The notes: generated by a model from the sequence alone, not told the origin. A DNA stretch of 64,000 bases from Nitrososphaeria archaeon (GCA_027078545.1 JALWXN010000004.1:960001-1024000); one strand, 5' to 3'; counted from the stretch's first letter, positions 29,865-38,973 are shown. Numbers and translations are program-made.

Positions 29865-30720
29865 CCTCCAGCACCTCCAACAAATTATTAACTAGGTTTC
29901 TAAACTCTTTAGAAAACTCGCTATCAGGATCCTGTACAAGTAGGCTATACCCACTATCACCCAGCTCGGCCACCCTAGGGTCTATAGGTATCCTACCCAG
30001 GAGGGGAACGTTAAACATCTTGCTCAACATCTCACCACCATTGCCAGAGAAGATCTTATACTTCTTACCATCACCACATACGAAGTAGCTCATGTTCTCC
30101 ACAATGCCCAGTACACGTATATTCGTCTTCCTAGCGAAGTTTATCGACTTGGCCACAGCCAGGGCAGAGACCTCAGTAGGCTGTGTAACAGCTATCACAC
30201 CAGCCAGATCCTTTATCGACTGTGCCAGGTTGAGGGCCTCGTCACCAGTACCAGGTGGGAGGTCAAAGAGGAGGAAGTCTAGCTCACCCCACTGGGTGTA
30301 GAGAGCCAAGTCGTCGAAAAATTTCTTCTTGAGCGGGCCCCTCCATATAACGGCCTCCGTCTTTTCCGGGAGCAGGTAGAGTATACTGACGATCTTTATG
30401 CCGTAGGGCCCGGTGACGGGAAGGATCTTCTTATCCTTCGTAACCTCTAGGGTGGCGTCCTCAACACCCAGCATCTTGGGGATGGATGGGCCGTGAAAGT
30501 CGCTGTCGAAGACCGCCACCCTATAGCCCTCCAGCGCCAGGGCGACAGCTAGATTAGCCGTGACGGTCGACTTCCCCACACCCCCCTTACCACTTATCAC
30601 CCCTATCTTATACCTTATACTCTTCATATTCTCGGCTATACGGGCCTCGATACTCTTCATCTGGAATAGGCTGGCAAGCCTCTGCTTAGTCTCCTCGTCG
30701 ATATCCCTCGACATCCCCAT
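29848..30720 (-). CDS. mrp: Mrp/ApbC/Nbp35 Fe-S carrier ATPase
   Basis: SGKGGVGKSTV, DSDFHGPSIP, IWRGP, DLPPGTGD, GIVENMS. Confidence 0.94.
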   Translation of the reverse strand: MGMSRDIDEETKQRLASLFQMKSIEARIAENMKSIRYKIGVISGKGGVGKSTVTANLAVALALEGYRVAVFDSDFHGPSIPKMLGVEDATLEVTKDKKILPVTGPYGIKIVSILYLLPEKTEAVIWRGPLKKKFFDDLALYTQWGELDFLLFDLPPGTGDEALNLAQSIKDLAGVIAVTQPTEVSALAVAKSINFARKTNIRVLGIVENMSYFVCGDGKKYKIFSGNGGEMLSKMFNVPLLGRIPIDPRVAELGDSGYSLLVQDPDSEFSKEFRNLVNNLLEVLEGGESR

Positions 30721-30789
30721 CTCCTCAGAATATTTGCCGGGGACCACTAGTTATTAATAAGGAGGATATAGAAACTATATTTTTGGGAA

Positions 30790-31041
30790 ATGATTATAGG
30801 GTTCGCTGAGGCGGCCTTACTATTCATACTGGCCGGGATAGTCCTCCTCATGGTGGCGATGGCTATCCTCATACACAGGTCGAGGGGCGACCTAGGAGGA
30901 GTCGTCCTGATAGGCCCAATACCAATCATATTCGGGAACGCCAGGTTCCTCAGGAAGTATTGGTGGATGCTGGTACTGATGGGCGTAGCTATACTGGCGC
31001 TATACTTAGTCCCGATACTGATCGTGAGCATAGCCCTTTAA
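30790..31041 (+). CDS. DUF131/TIGR00304-family small membrane protein
   Basis: GGVVLIGPIPIIFG signature between TM helices. Confidence 0.8.
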   Translation: MIIGFAEAALLFILAGIVLLMVAMAILIHRSRGDLGGVVLIGPIPIIFGNARFLRKYWWMLVLMGVAILALYLVPILIVSIAL

Positions 31042-31069
31042 CACCTACCCAACCCATTAATAGATTGGC

Positions 31070-31462
31070 ATGGACGTGAGGGACTACTGCGAGATATGCG
31101 GGATAGAGAGGGCTGTATACCGCTGCAGCTCATGCGGGAGGAGGGTATGTAAAGACGACTTCAACCTCTCCGAGAAGGTCTGTATAGAGTGCTACGAGGC
31201 CAGGAGAGCGGTGACTGTCGAGAACGTAGGGGGGATTATGCTTGCCGGGATACTATCCATAGTTGCCATACTACTACTATTCATAGGCTTCACATTCCTA
31301 CTCGAATCCTTCCCCCGTGGAGAGTCGATAGTCATCATATTCCCATTCATAGTGATCTCAGACCCCTACACCGGGCTCTTCATAGCCCTCGTCTATGCAG
31401 CCGTCATAATTGGGATCATGGCGCTATTCGTGAGATACTTCCTCAGGAGCATCACTGGATAG
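31070..31462 (+). CDS. Zinc-finger membrane protein
   Basis: CEIC..CSSCGRRVCKDD..CIEC followed by 2-3 TM helices. Confidence 0.7.
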   Translation: MDVRDYCEICGIERAVYRCSSCGRRVCKDDFNLSEKVCIECYEARRAVTVENVGGIMLAGILSIVAILLLFIGFTFLLESFPRGESIVIIFPFIVISDPYTGLFIALVYAAVIIGIMALFVRYFLRSITG

Positions 31463-32134
31463 TAGGGGGCCGGAGTAGTAGGGAGGTATCACCAGCCTCC
31501 CTGGACGGGACTCCCTATACATAGCCTCTGAGGCCATGATCTTCGGGACGATGTAGAGCGATATAGCCGTCTCCACATCGAGCCTCCTAGCTATGAGGCG
31601 TAGAATAGGATCACCACCACCCGGCTCAGCAACCGGGAGGTATCTCCTCATACGCCTAGCCCCAGCCCTATCTATCAAGCCCTCACGTAGAAGTAGTTGG
31701 ATAACCCTCTCGACCCAGCCTGGCCTCCTAATCGGTAGGCCATAGGTCCTACGCTCAACCGGCCTGTTATGTATCGCCCTACACGCCTCCGGCATCGACA
31801 GCTCATATAGATTCCTAACCGTGTTGTACAGCCCGTAGCCCGCCGATCTGGAGACGATGTAGAGTGTATAGATGGGGCTGGGCACGTTATACATGTAGAC
31901 CGTGCCGAGTACGTCTAGGAAGCCCCGGAGAGGCTTTGCAACCTGCTCCACAGCCCTCTCCAAAACAGGGTAGTGCTGCCCAAAGAGATTCCTAGCTACA
32001 CCGCTGAGCCCAGCCTCCATCCACCTCTCCAGGGGGAGGCCCCTGATAAATACCTCCCCGCTATACCTGTTGAGGTGGAAGAGCCCCGTCTTGAGGAGGT
32101 AGACCTCATCATCGATATGGAAGGGGCGGCTCAT
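31424..32134 (-). CDS. Hypothetical protein
   Basis: 236-aa ORF filling a gap; no recognised motif; start set at MSRPF. Confidence 0.55.
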   Translation of the reverse strand: MSRPFHIDDEVYLLKTGLFHLNRYSGEVFIRGLPLERWMEAGLSGVARNLFGQHYPVLERAVEQVAKPLRGFLDVLGTVYMYNVPSPIYTLYIVSRSAGYGLYNTVRNLYELSMPEACRAIHNRPVERRTYGLPIRRPGWVERVIQLLLREGLIDRAGARRMRRYLPVAEPGGGDPILRLIARRLDVETAISLYIVPKIMASEAMYRESRPGRLVIPPYYSGPLLSSDAPEEVSHE

Positions 32135-32193
32135 ACAACAAGGGATTATCCCCCGGGTAATAATTATTGGCTGGAGATGGGAAACAATATCTA

Positions 32194-32261
32194 GGGGCCG
32201 ATGAAGGTCTCCACCGATCCGAGCCGAACGGCTTTGAGGATAGTTGCACGTATGAGGCCCC
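32194..32261 (+). ncRNA. Candidate box C/D guide sRNA
   Basis: Terminal stem GGGGCC/GGCCCC; C-like GAUGA; D' CCGA; hairpin GCCGAACGGC; C'-like UUGAGGA; D-like AUGA; AT-rich TATA-like element ~25 nt upstream. Confidence 0.6.
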
Positions 32262-32303
32262 CATAAACCACCCATTTTTCAGTAACATCCAGGTGAATAC
32301 ATC

Positions 32304-33005
32304 TTGGTGTCTGGCTTGAGCGACCCTATAAACAGCATCATCTCAAAGGCCCTAAGCGAGGGGAGGAAGGCCCTCCTCGAGCATGAGGCCCTCGAACTTG
32401 CTAGGGCCGCTGAGATACCCACCCCTAGATACCTATTCACACCCCTCGGATCCAGGCCGGAGCCAGACTTCCCACCACCATATGTCCTCAAGATCGTCTC
32501 CCCAGACATCATACACAAGTCCGACGTGGGTGGCGTCAGGCTAAACATAGGTGGCGACGAGCTTGAGAGGGAGGTCGGGGAACTAGTCGAGACCGTGAAG
32601 AGGAACGCGCCCAACGCAGAGATCACTGGTGTGCTCGTCATGGAGATGGCTGAGGAGGGTGTCGAGACCCTAGTAGGGCTGACCAGGGACCCCCAGTTCG
32701 GCCCGGTAGTAGCCTTCGGACTCGGGGGGATATTCGTCGAGATATATCGTGACGTGAGTTTCAGGCTGGCGCCAATCCCCATTGAGGAGGCGAGGGAGAT
32801 GATCAGGGAGGTCAAGGCATACAAGATACTCAGCGGCTATAGGGGGAGGCCCCCAGCAGACATAGACGCATTGGCCGACGTGATTGTGAAGGTCTCACAG
32901 CTGGGGGATAAGTATCCCGAGATCATGGAGATGGATATAAACCCATTGATAGCCTACCCAAGAGGGGCATTAGCCGTGGATGTGAGGGTGATACTGGGTG
33001 AGTAG
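32304..33005 (+). CDS. acdB: ADP-forming acetyl/acyl-CoA synthetase beta subunit
   Basis: LKIVSPDIIHKSDVGGV, RDPQFGPVVAFGLGGIFVE, EMDINPL. Confidence 0.94.
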   Translation: MVSGLSDPINSIISKALSEGRKALLEHEALELARAAEIPTPRYLFTPLGSRPEPDFPPPYVLKIVSPDIIHKSDVGGVRLNIGGDELEREVGELVETVKRNAPNAEITGVLVMEMAEEGVETLVGLTRDPQFGPVVAFGLGGIFVEIYRDVSFRLAPIPIEEAREMIREVKAYKILSGYRGRPPADIDALADVIVKVSQLGDKYPEIMEMDINPLIAYPRGALAVDVRVILGE

Positions 33006-34386
33006 GCCCTGGCTAAAGGAGGCCCTAAAGAGGACACTATACCCAGACTCAGTAGCGGTTATAGGGGCCAGTAGGAGCCCCCGGAAGATAGGTTTCCAGG
33101 TGGTGTACAACCTCATCAAGGACGGCTTCAGGGGGAGGATATACCCGGTAAACCCCAATGCAGAGGAGATTATGGGGCTCAAGGCATACCCAAGCATAAC
33201 ATCCATCCCAGACGAGGTCGACGTGGCGGTAATAGCAATACCCGCTGAGAAGGTTAGGAGGGCTCTGAAGGGTAGTATAGAGAAGGGGGTCTCAGGAGTC
33301 GTAGTAATAACCTCTGGCTTCGCAGAAGTGGGTAGGGCCGAGGAGGAGAGGGAGCTCGTCAGGATGGCTGACGAGGCGGGGATAGCCCTCCTAGGACCCA
33401 ACGTCGTCGGCATACTCAACACCGACCACAATATGAACCTAAGCTTCTGCCCAAGCCTCCCCTACAGGGGGAGGATAACAATGGTCACTCAGAGCGGGGC
33501 CCTAGCAATAGGACTGGTCGGGTGGACATGGGCCAACAGGATAGGCCTCTCAAAGATGGTGAGCATAGGCAACATGGCCCAGATAGGCTTCGAGGAGATG
33601 CTGGAGTACCTAGAGGATGACGAAGACACAGAGACGATCCTCCTATACATGGAGAGCCTCAAGGATGGGAGGAGGTTCGTCGAGATAGCTAGGGAGGTCT
33701 CGAAGAAGAAGCCTATAGTGGCGATAAAGTCGGGTAGGAGCCAGCGGGGAGCCAAGGCTGCGATGAGCCACACAGGCAGCCTCGCCGGGGATGTTAAGCT
33801 ATACGATGTGGCATTCAGGGCAAGCGGGGTGATACCTGCATATGGCCTGGAGGACGGGTTCGACAAGGCTTTGGCGCTGCACCTACAGCCACCTATGAGG
33901 GGGCCCAACCTCGTAGTCGTAACCAACGGTGGCGGGGCTGGTGTACTGGCGTCGGACTTCGCCGAGGAGTATGGACTACCACTTAGGGACATGCCCCAGG
34001 ACCTGGAGAAGGAGGTTAGGAGGGCAATCTCACCCTTCGGAAGCCCGAAGAACCCTATAGACCTGACGGGCAACGCCTATAAGGAGGACTATATAGAGGT
34101 GCTTGACAAGGTCCTATCCCACCCCTGGGTGGACGGCGTCGTCGCGATATATGTACATGCAGCGATAACCGACCCCTACGAGATAGCGGATGGGATAGTC
34201 TCAATTGTTAGGAGGCACCCCGGTAAGCCAGTGATAATGTCCATGATAGGCGGTAGGGAGGTCTCGATAGCCAACACCTGGCTACGCGACAACGGGATAC
34301 CCGTATATCCAAGCCCTAGGAGGGCTGTAGCAGCTGCATCAGCCCTCTACCGCTATGGAGAGTTCCTAGAGAGGGTAGGCATGTGA
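32998..34386 (+). CDS. acdA: ADP-forming acetyl/acyl-CoA synthetase alpha subunit
   Basis: VAVIGAS, LGPNVVG, TQSGAL, AAMSHTGSLAG (phospho-His), TNGGGAGV, NPIDLTG. Confidence 0.94.
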   Translation: MSRPWLKEALKRTLYPDSVAVIGASRSPRKIGFQVVYNLIKDGFRGRIYPVNPNAEEIMGLKAYPSITSIPDEVDVAVIAIPAEKVRRALKGSIEKGVSGVVVITSGFAEVGRAEEERELVRMADEAGIALLGPNVVGILNTDHNMNLSFCPSLPYRGRITMVTQSGALAIGLVGWTWANRIGLSKMVSIGNMAQIGFEEMLEYLEDDEDTETILLYMESLKDGRRFVEIAREVSKKKPIVAIKSGRSQRGAKAAMSHTGSLAGDVKLYDVAFRASGVIPAYGLEDGFDKALALHLQPPMRGPNLVVVTNGGGAGVLASDFAEEYGLPLRDMPQDLEKEVRRAISPFGSPKNPIDLTGNAYKEDYIEVLDKVLSHPWVDGVVAIYVHAAITDPYEIADGIVSIVRRHPGKPVIMSMIGGREVSIANTWLRDNGIPVYPSPRRAVAAASALYRYGEFLERVGM

Positions 34387-34967
34387 AGACCTGGCTCCTC
34401 GAGAGGGCTAGACACCTGGAGAAGCTCGGAAAAGCCCTTGAGAAGGGGCTAGTTGATGAGGGTGTGATCCCCATACTAGAGGCCGTAAACAGGTGTAGCA
34501 GCTACGTCACTAAGAGCAGCTGCTACGGCAGGATACATATTACACAGGAGGAGAGCCTGATAAAGAAGGGACGGGGGAAGACCCTGTTAAAGATACATGG
34601 GCCAATAAGCCTCGACAAGGTGGAGGAGGCGCTGGAGAAGGCCCGTGGCGGCGTAGTGTGGATGAACGTAGAGGGGACCATACTACACATCGCCGCGGAG
34701 GACCTAGGAAAGGCCGTGGAGCTCCTAGGCATAGCCATCGAGGCCGGATATAGATACTCAAGCATATACAGCATAGGGGGCCGTGGAGTGACTGTGGAGA
34801 TACTCCTAGCCCCAAAGTATAGCATACCACTCAGGGCATGGGGAGAAGATATACTGGGGAAGGAGGAGATCCAGGAGGCGCTTAGATACGCGGAGAGACT
34901 CTTCGGAGAGGCTGAGAAGGCTAGACACAGGTTTTTAACCATACTAGGGGAATTGGGGTGTGAATAG
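34383..34967 (+). CDS. taw3: tRNA wyosine-derivative methyltransferase Taw3/TYW3
   Basis: VDEGVIPIL, TKSSCYGRI, ILHIA, AGYRYSSI. Confidence 0.8.
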   Translation: MKTWLLERARHLEKLGKALEKGLVDEGVIPILEAVNRCSSYVTKSSCYGRIHITQEESLIKKGRGKTLLKIHGPISLDKVEEALEKARGGVVWMNVEGTILHIAAEDLGKAVELLGIAIEAGYRYSSIYSIGGRGVTVEILLAPKYSIPLRAWGEDILGKEEIQEALRYAERLFGEAEKARHRFLTILGELGCE

Positions 34968-34969
34968 CG

Positions 34970-36055
34970 ATGATACGCCTAGCCGAGCCATACATCAGCG
35001 ATGAGATTAAGGAGAAGATACTTGAGGTGATAGACTCTAAGCAGTATGTCGATGGCCGTTACACTAGGGAGTTCGAGGAGAGATTTGCAGGTTACATAGG
35101 CGTGAAACACGCAGTAGCTGTCTCCAGCGGGACATCAGCACTCTTCCTCATACTAAGGGCCCTAGGAATAGGTAGGGGGGACAAGGTAGCTGTACCCTCA
35201 TTCACATTCATAGCAACCGTCTCGCAGGCCGTCGAGCTGGGGGCGGAGCCAGTATTCATCGATGTAGACCCCGAGACCATGACCCTCGACCCAGCCGACC
35301 TCGAGAAGAAATTAGACTCCAGCGTCAAGGCGGTGATACCTGTACACCTATTCGGACACCCAGCGGATCTAGACCCGATTATAGAGGTCGCCGAGAAGCA
35401 TGGGGCCCACCTAATAGAGGACGCTGCACAGGCACATGGAGCAAGGTATAGGGGTAGACGAGTAGGGGGGATAGGCCACGTGGGATACTTCAGCCTATAC
35501 CCCTCCAAGAACATGGGTGTATATGGCGAGGGGGGAGTAATAACCACGAATGACGATGAGCTGGCTGAGCGGATAAGGAGCCTCAAGAACCACGGGATAA
35601 GGAATGGCGAGTTCGTGATGTTCGGATACAACATGAAGTTCAACGAGATAGGGGCGGTGGTGGCTCTCGAGCAGCTCAGGCTCCTTGACAGCTGGAATGA
35701 GCGGCGTAGGGAGAACGCGTCGATCTATACAGAGGCCTTTGGAGACTTAGAGCTCGAGACACCGATCGAGAAGGAATGGGCATACCACGTCTACAACCTA
35801 TACACCCTGAAGACCAGTGCCAGGGATGGGATTAGAGAGGCCCTCAGTAAGAGGGGCGTGGCTACAGGGATATACTACGACCGGCCTGTACACACACTCA
35901 ATATTGTGAGGGAGAGGTTTGGATACACGAAACTACCCATCACCGAAGAGCTTGCCAAGAGGGTGATAAGCCTACCCGTCCACCCAATGCTTACAAGGGA
36001 CGACCTCGAAAGAGTTATAGACGGTGTTAGAGAGGCTCTCCAGACTCCTCCCTAG
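34970..36055 (+). CDS. DegT/DnrJ/EryC1/StrS sugar aminotransferase
   Basis: VSSGTSAL, PSFTFIAT, PVHLFG, IEDAAQAHGA, SLYPSKNMGVYGEGG. Confidence 0.93.
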   Translation: MIRLAEPYISDEIKEKILEVIDSKQYVDGRYTREFEERFAGYIGVKHAVAVSSGTSALFLILRALGIGRGDKVAVPSFTFIATVSQAVELGAEPVFIDVDPETMTLDPADLEKKLDSSVKAVIPVHLFGHPADLDPIIEVAEKHGAHLIEDAAQAHGARYRGRRVGGIGHVGYFSLYPSKNMGVYGEGGVITTNDDELAERIRSLKNHGIRNGEFVMFGYNMKFNEIGAVVALEQLRLLDSWNERRRENASIYTEAFGDLELETPIEKEWAYHVYNLYTLKTSARDGIREALSKRGVATGIYYDRPVHTLNIVRERFGYTKLPITEELAKRVISLPVHPMLTRDDLERVIDGVREALQTPP

Positions 36056-37208
36056 ACGCCTCAGCACTCCTAACCTCTTCACCAGCAGGGACGGGCCCAG
36101 TCTCGACAAGCTCCCTAACCATATCGACCTCATGGTGGACACCGTTCACCATGAACACTAGGAGACCATCATTACTGGCAACCTCACGTAACATGTCCTC
36201 AGGCTCCAGGTCATAGAACTCTACAGCCTTACCACCCAGGACCTCCTTCACCTTCCTATAATACCTACCAGCGAGGAAGACCTTCTCCACACGGGTATCC
36301 CTAAAGATATCCTCGAAGAAGGGGATGAAGAACCTGGTCCTATCCGCCCTGTCACCCCTGAAATACGCGAAGATGTAGATCGGGCCGGAGTAGTTCCTCT
36401 TCAAGTAGTTGTAGACCATCCTCGTAGATGATGGGTCGTTCACCTTGGCGATATCTATATACTTGAAGCCCCAGGGACTATACCTCGGCCTAAGCCTAGC
36501 CATGATATGATGCACAATATGGTTGAACTCAGCCATTGAGAGGGGCTCCATACCCATTATGTCTAGGAGCTCCTGCACAATGTATACCCTCTCGATACCC
36601 AGGATATCCAGCTGCCCCTCAGGGACATCCACAACCCTAAGCTCAACCCCATACTTTATCGCATACTCCTCAAGGATGGGGTACGTCGCCTCAAAATTCT
36701 CCCTAATCGTCTCAGCGTAGATGACATACTCGAGGTCGTAGAACTGGCTCGCAAAGGTGTGAGCCATCTCCTCCAGAGTCTCACCAAGCTCGGCATGCTC
36801 AAGCCTGATGTTTGGGATGATCTCTATATTAGGCCTAAAGATCCTATGTATAACACCGTTTGTATACTTCCTGATACTCTGGTTCTCAAACACATAGATA
36901 TCCGCGGGGAACTCTGCAATAATGCCCCCGTTCTCCCAGTCCAGCATAGGGTTCTTAGGCTTATCCCCCCTATCGATAACCCACTCCTCACCATCATATC
37001 TAAAGCGGGGCCTATCACCAGTCACCTTACCAAGAACCTTTACCCCCGACTCCCCCAGCCTATTATAAAGTATGTCATAGATATCGAGGACCAGGCCCGT
37101 CTTTCCCCTGCTACCAGATACGAGTACCCTATAGATCGACTTTCTAAGGTTCTCCCTATATCTGGCCAGCATCCCGTTGGCCAATGGCCGTACCCTGTAA
37201 ATATTCAA
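36027..37208 (-). CDS. capB: Poly-gamma-glutamate synthase CapB/PgsB-like Mur-ligase protein
   Basis: RVLVSGSRGKT, VLGKVTG, VFENQSI, PNIRLEH, AKVNDPSST, FRGDRADRT; TTG start with GGAGGT SD. Confidence 0.75.
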   Translation of the reverse strand: MNIYRVRPLANGMLARYRENLRKSIYRVLVSGSRGKTGLVLDIYDILYNRLGESGVKVLGKVTGDRPRFRYDGEEWVIDRGDKPKNPMLDWENGGIIAEFPADIYVFENQSIRKYTNGVIHRIFRPNIEIIPNIRLEHAELGETLEEMAHTFASQFYDLEYVIYAETIRENFEATYPILEEYAIKYGVELRVVDVPEGQLDILGIERVYIVQELLDIMGMEPLSMAEFNHIVHHIMARLRPRYSPWGFKYIDIAKVNDPSSTRMVYNYLKRNYSGPIYIFAYFRGDRADRTRFFIPFFEDIFRDTRVEKVFLAGRYYRKVKEVLGGKAVEFYDLEPEDMLREVASNDGLLVFMVNGVHHEVDMVRELVETGPVPAGEEVRSAEASREESGEPL

Positions 37209-37295
37209 TTCTGAGTTACCTCCCTGGCTCTACGGGGGCGTTAGGATAGTAATGTCTTACAATAAATATATAAATCAGTCGCTATTAGGAGCGAG

Positions 37296-37769
37296 TTATA
37301 TGGTTATGACCCCAGCCATGAGGTATATTATGAAGGCTATCAACATGACTGTTAGAAACTCGGCCATCCAGACCAAGACAGGCCTAAGGTAGTCACCATT
37401 CGAGACGATCTCCTTATGCATGTTATAGGCTATGATCCCTCCAATAAGTGAGGTGAAGGCCGAGGATATCTGTGTACCCACCCAGTTATAGGTGCTTAGG
37501 AAGACGATCATGCTGATAAATGCAGCCACATAGAATGCACGCCTACCGTATATCAAGTACCTGTCATGGACAATCTCGAGTGCAACCACCGCCAGGGATA
37601 TGGCGAGGCCTGTGGAGAGGATTATCGCGGGCTCCTTAACCACATAGATTACGAGGAAGGGGGTGGCTATCACACCTCCTACAGCGGTCCTATACTTGAT
37701 ATAGTAGAGATAACCAACGACAAAGCCTACCATGAGGACTAGTATGTCTAGGGCCAAGACATGTTCCAT
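37296..37769 (-). CDS. capC: Poly-gamma-glutamate biosynthesis membrane protein CapC/PgsC
   Basis: GGVIATPFLVIY, LIYGRRAF, IGGIIAYNMHKE; adjacent to capB. Confidence 0.8.
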   Translation of the reverse strand: MEHVLALDILVLMVGFVVGYLYYIKYRTAVGGVIATPFLVIYVVKEPAIILSTGLAISLAVVALEIVHDRYLIYGRRAFYVAAFISMIVFLSTYNWVGTQISSAFTSLIGGIIAYNMHKEIVSNGDYLRPVLVWMAEFLTVMLIAFIIYLMAGVITI

Positions 37770-37857
37770 GGTTACACCTTCCTCCCCACCTCAATATAGC
37801 CCCATAAATATAAGGATGAGCCTCATATATCACACACCCAGATACACCTAGACAGGG

Positions 37858-38403
37858 ATGAGGATAATAGTATATGCAGACCCCATAGAGATAGGTAGGG
37901 AAGACGTGAGGGAGGCCCTCTCAAACGCGGGTATAGATGCTGGACACGTCATCCTAAGGAGGGACTACGACCATATAGAGATAGACATCGAGACCGATGC
38001 AGAGGTCCAGGAGGTCCTAGAAGCTATTCGGAGCATCGGGGTCAGGCCCCACAGGGTATCCTTGATAGAGGAGGGGGAGAACGACCTGGATATAGACCCT
38101 ATCCAGACCTTCCTAGAATACTTTACAAGGGGATGGTTCTGGGAGATCCATGAGAAGCTCGAGAAGGTATGGAGGAGGAGTGGCGACCCCTTCCTAAGAG
38201 GCCTAATACTTGCTACGATACCCTACGTCAAGCAGCAGATGGGGCAGTACGACAGGATATGGCAGGCGATCGAGAGGCTTGAGAGATACGCAACGGAGAC
38301 CGGCGATGAACGGCTAACCTGTCTAGCAAAGGAGATAAAGAAGGGTTATAGAGACTGTAGGCTTACCCGTATAGACCCGGGGAGATGCCTCTCTAGACCT
38401 TGA
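37858..38403 (+). CDS. DUF309-domain protein
   Basis: GWFWEIHEKLEKVW..LRGLI matches the ExHExLExxW motif. Confidence 0.7.
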   Translation: MRIIVYADPIEIGREDVREALSNAGIDAGHVILRRDYDHIEIDIETDAEVQEVLEAIRSIGVRPHRVSLIEEGENDLDIDPIQTFLEYFTRGWFWEIHEKLEKVWRRSGDPFLRGLILATIPYVKQQMGQYDRIWQAIERLERYATETGDERLTCLAKEIKKGYRDCRLTRIDPGRCLSRP

Positions 38404-38566
38404 CCTCCGCCTGTGGAGCCTTGAACCCAATCTTTGCATGTGTCCCGTCGCAGAAAGGCTTCTTGTTACTCCCGCCACACCTACATAGGGCGGCCACGAC
38501 CTTACCCTCCTTCATGACCAGGTATGGCCCGTTCTCCTTAGCCAGGATGACTATGTCCTCCACCAT
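38393..38566 (-). CDS. CDGSH iron-sulfur (NEET-type) small protein, 57 aa, not in the ORF track
   Basis: Hand translation MVEDIVILAKENGPYLVMKEGKVVAALCRCGGSNKKPFCDGTHAKIGFKAPQAEVKV. Confidence 0.92.
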   Translation of the reverse strand: MVEDIVILAKENGPYLVMKEGKVVAALCRCGGSNKKPFCDGTHAKIGFKAPQAEVKV

Positions 38567-38578
38567 ATAACCATCACC

Positions 38579-38606
38579 AAATAGTTAGTAGCACTACAAA
38601 CTATTT
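38579..38606. promoter_or_regulatory. 28-bp inverted repeat upstream of the CDGSH gene
   Basis: AAATAGTT-A-GTAG-CA-CTAC-A-AACTATTT. Confidence 0.45.
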
Positions 38607-38613
38607 ATTGTCC

Positions 38614-38973
38614 TCAGGACATCTGCTTTATCCACTCACCCACGATGTCATAGCCATATAGCTCCTCCAGCATCTTCCTACCCTCCTCAGTGATCTTCGC
38701 AGGTGTCCATGGAGGCTCCATGACCAGCTCGACATTCACCTCCCAGTCCTCGCCAAGAGCCTCCTTGATAGCAGCCTCCGCATCGTCGATTATGGCGTAT
38801 GCCACTGGGCAGCCTATCGAGGTTATCGTCATATCCACATGTACCTTCTTGTTCTCCACGTCTATATCGATCTTGTATACCAGGCCGAGGTCATACACGT
38901 TCACAGGGATCTCGGGGTCATGGACCTTCCTCAGCGCCTCTATAATCTTCTTCTCAACCTCAGCCTTATCCAT
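38614..38973 (-). CDS. DUF59/SufT/MIP18-family Fe-S assembly protein
   Basis: LRKVHDPEIPVNVYDLGLVY, MTITSIGCP, EPPWTP; start set at MDKAE. Confidence 0.92.
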   Translation of the reverse strand: MDKAEVEKKIIEALRKVHDPEIPVNVYDLGLVYKIDIDVENKKVHVDMTITSIGCPVAYAIIDDAEAAIKEALGEDWEVNVELVMEPPWTPAKITEEGRKMLEELYGYDIVGEWIKQMS

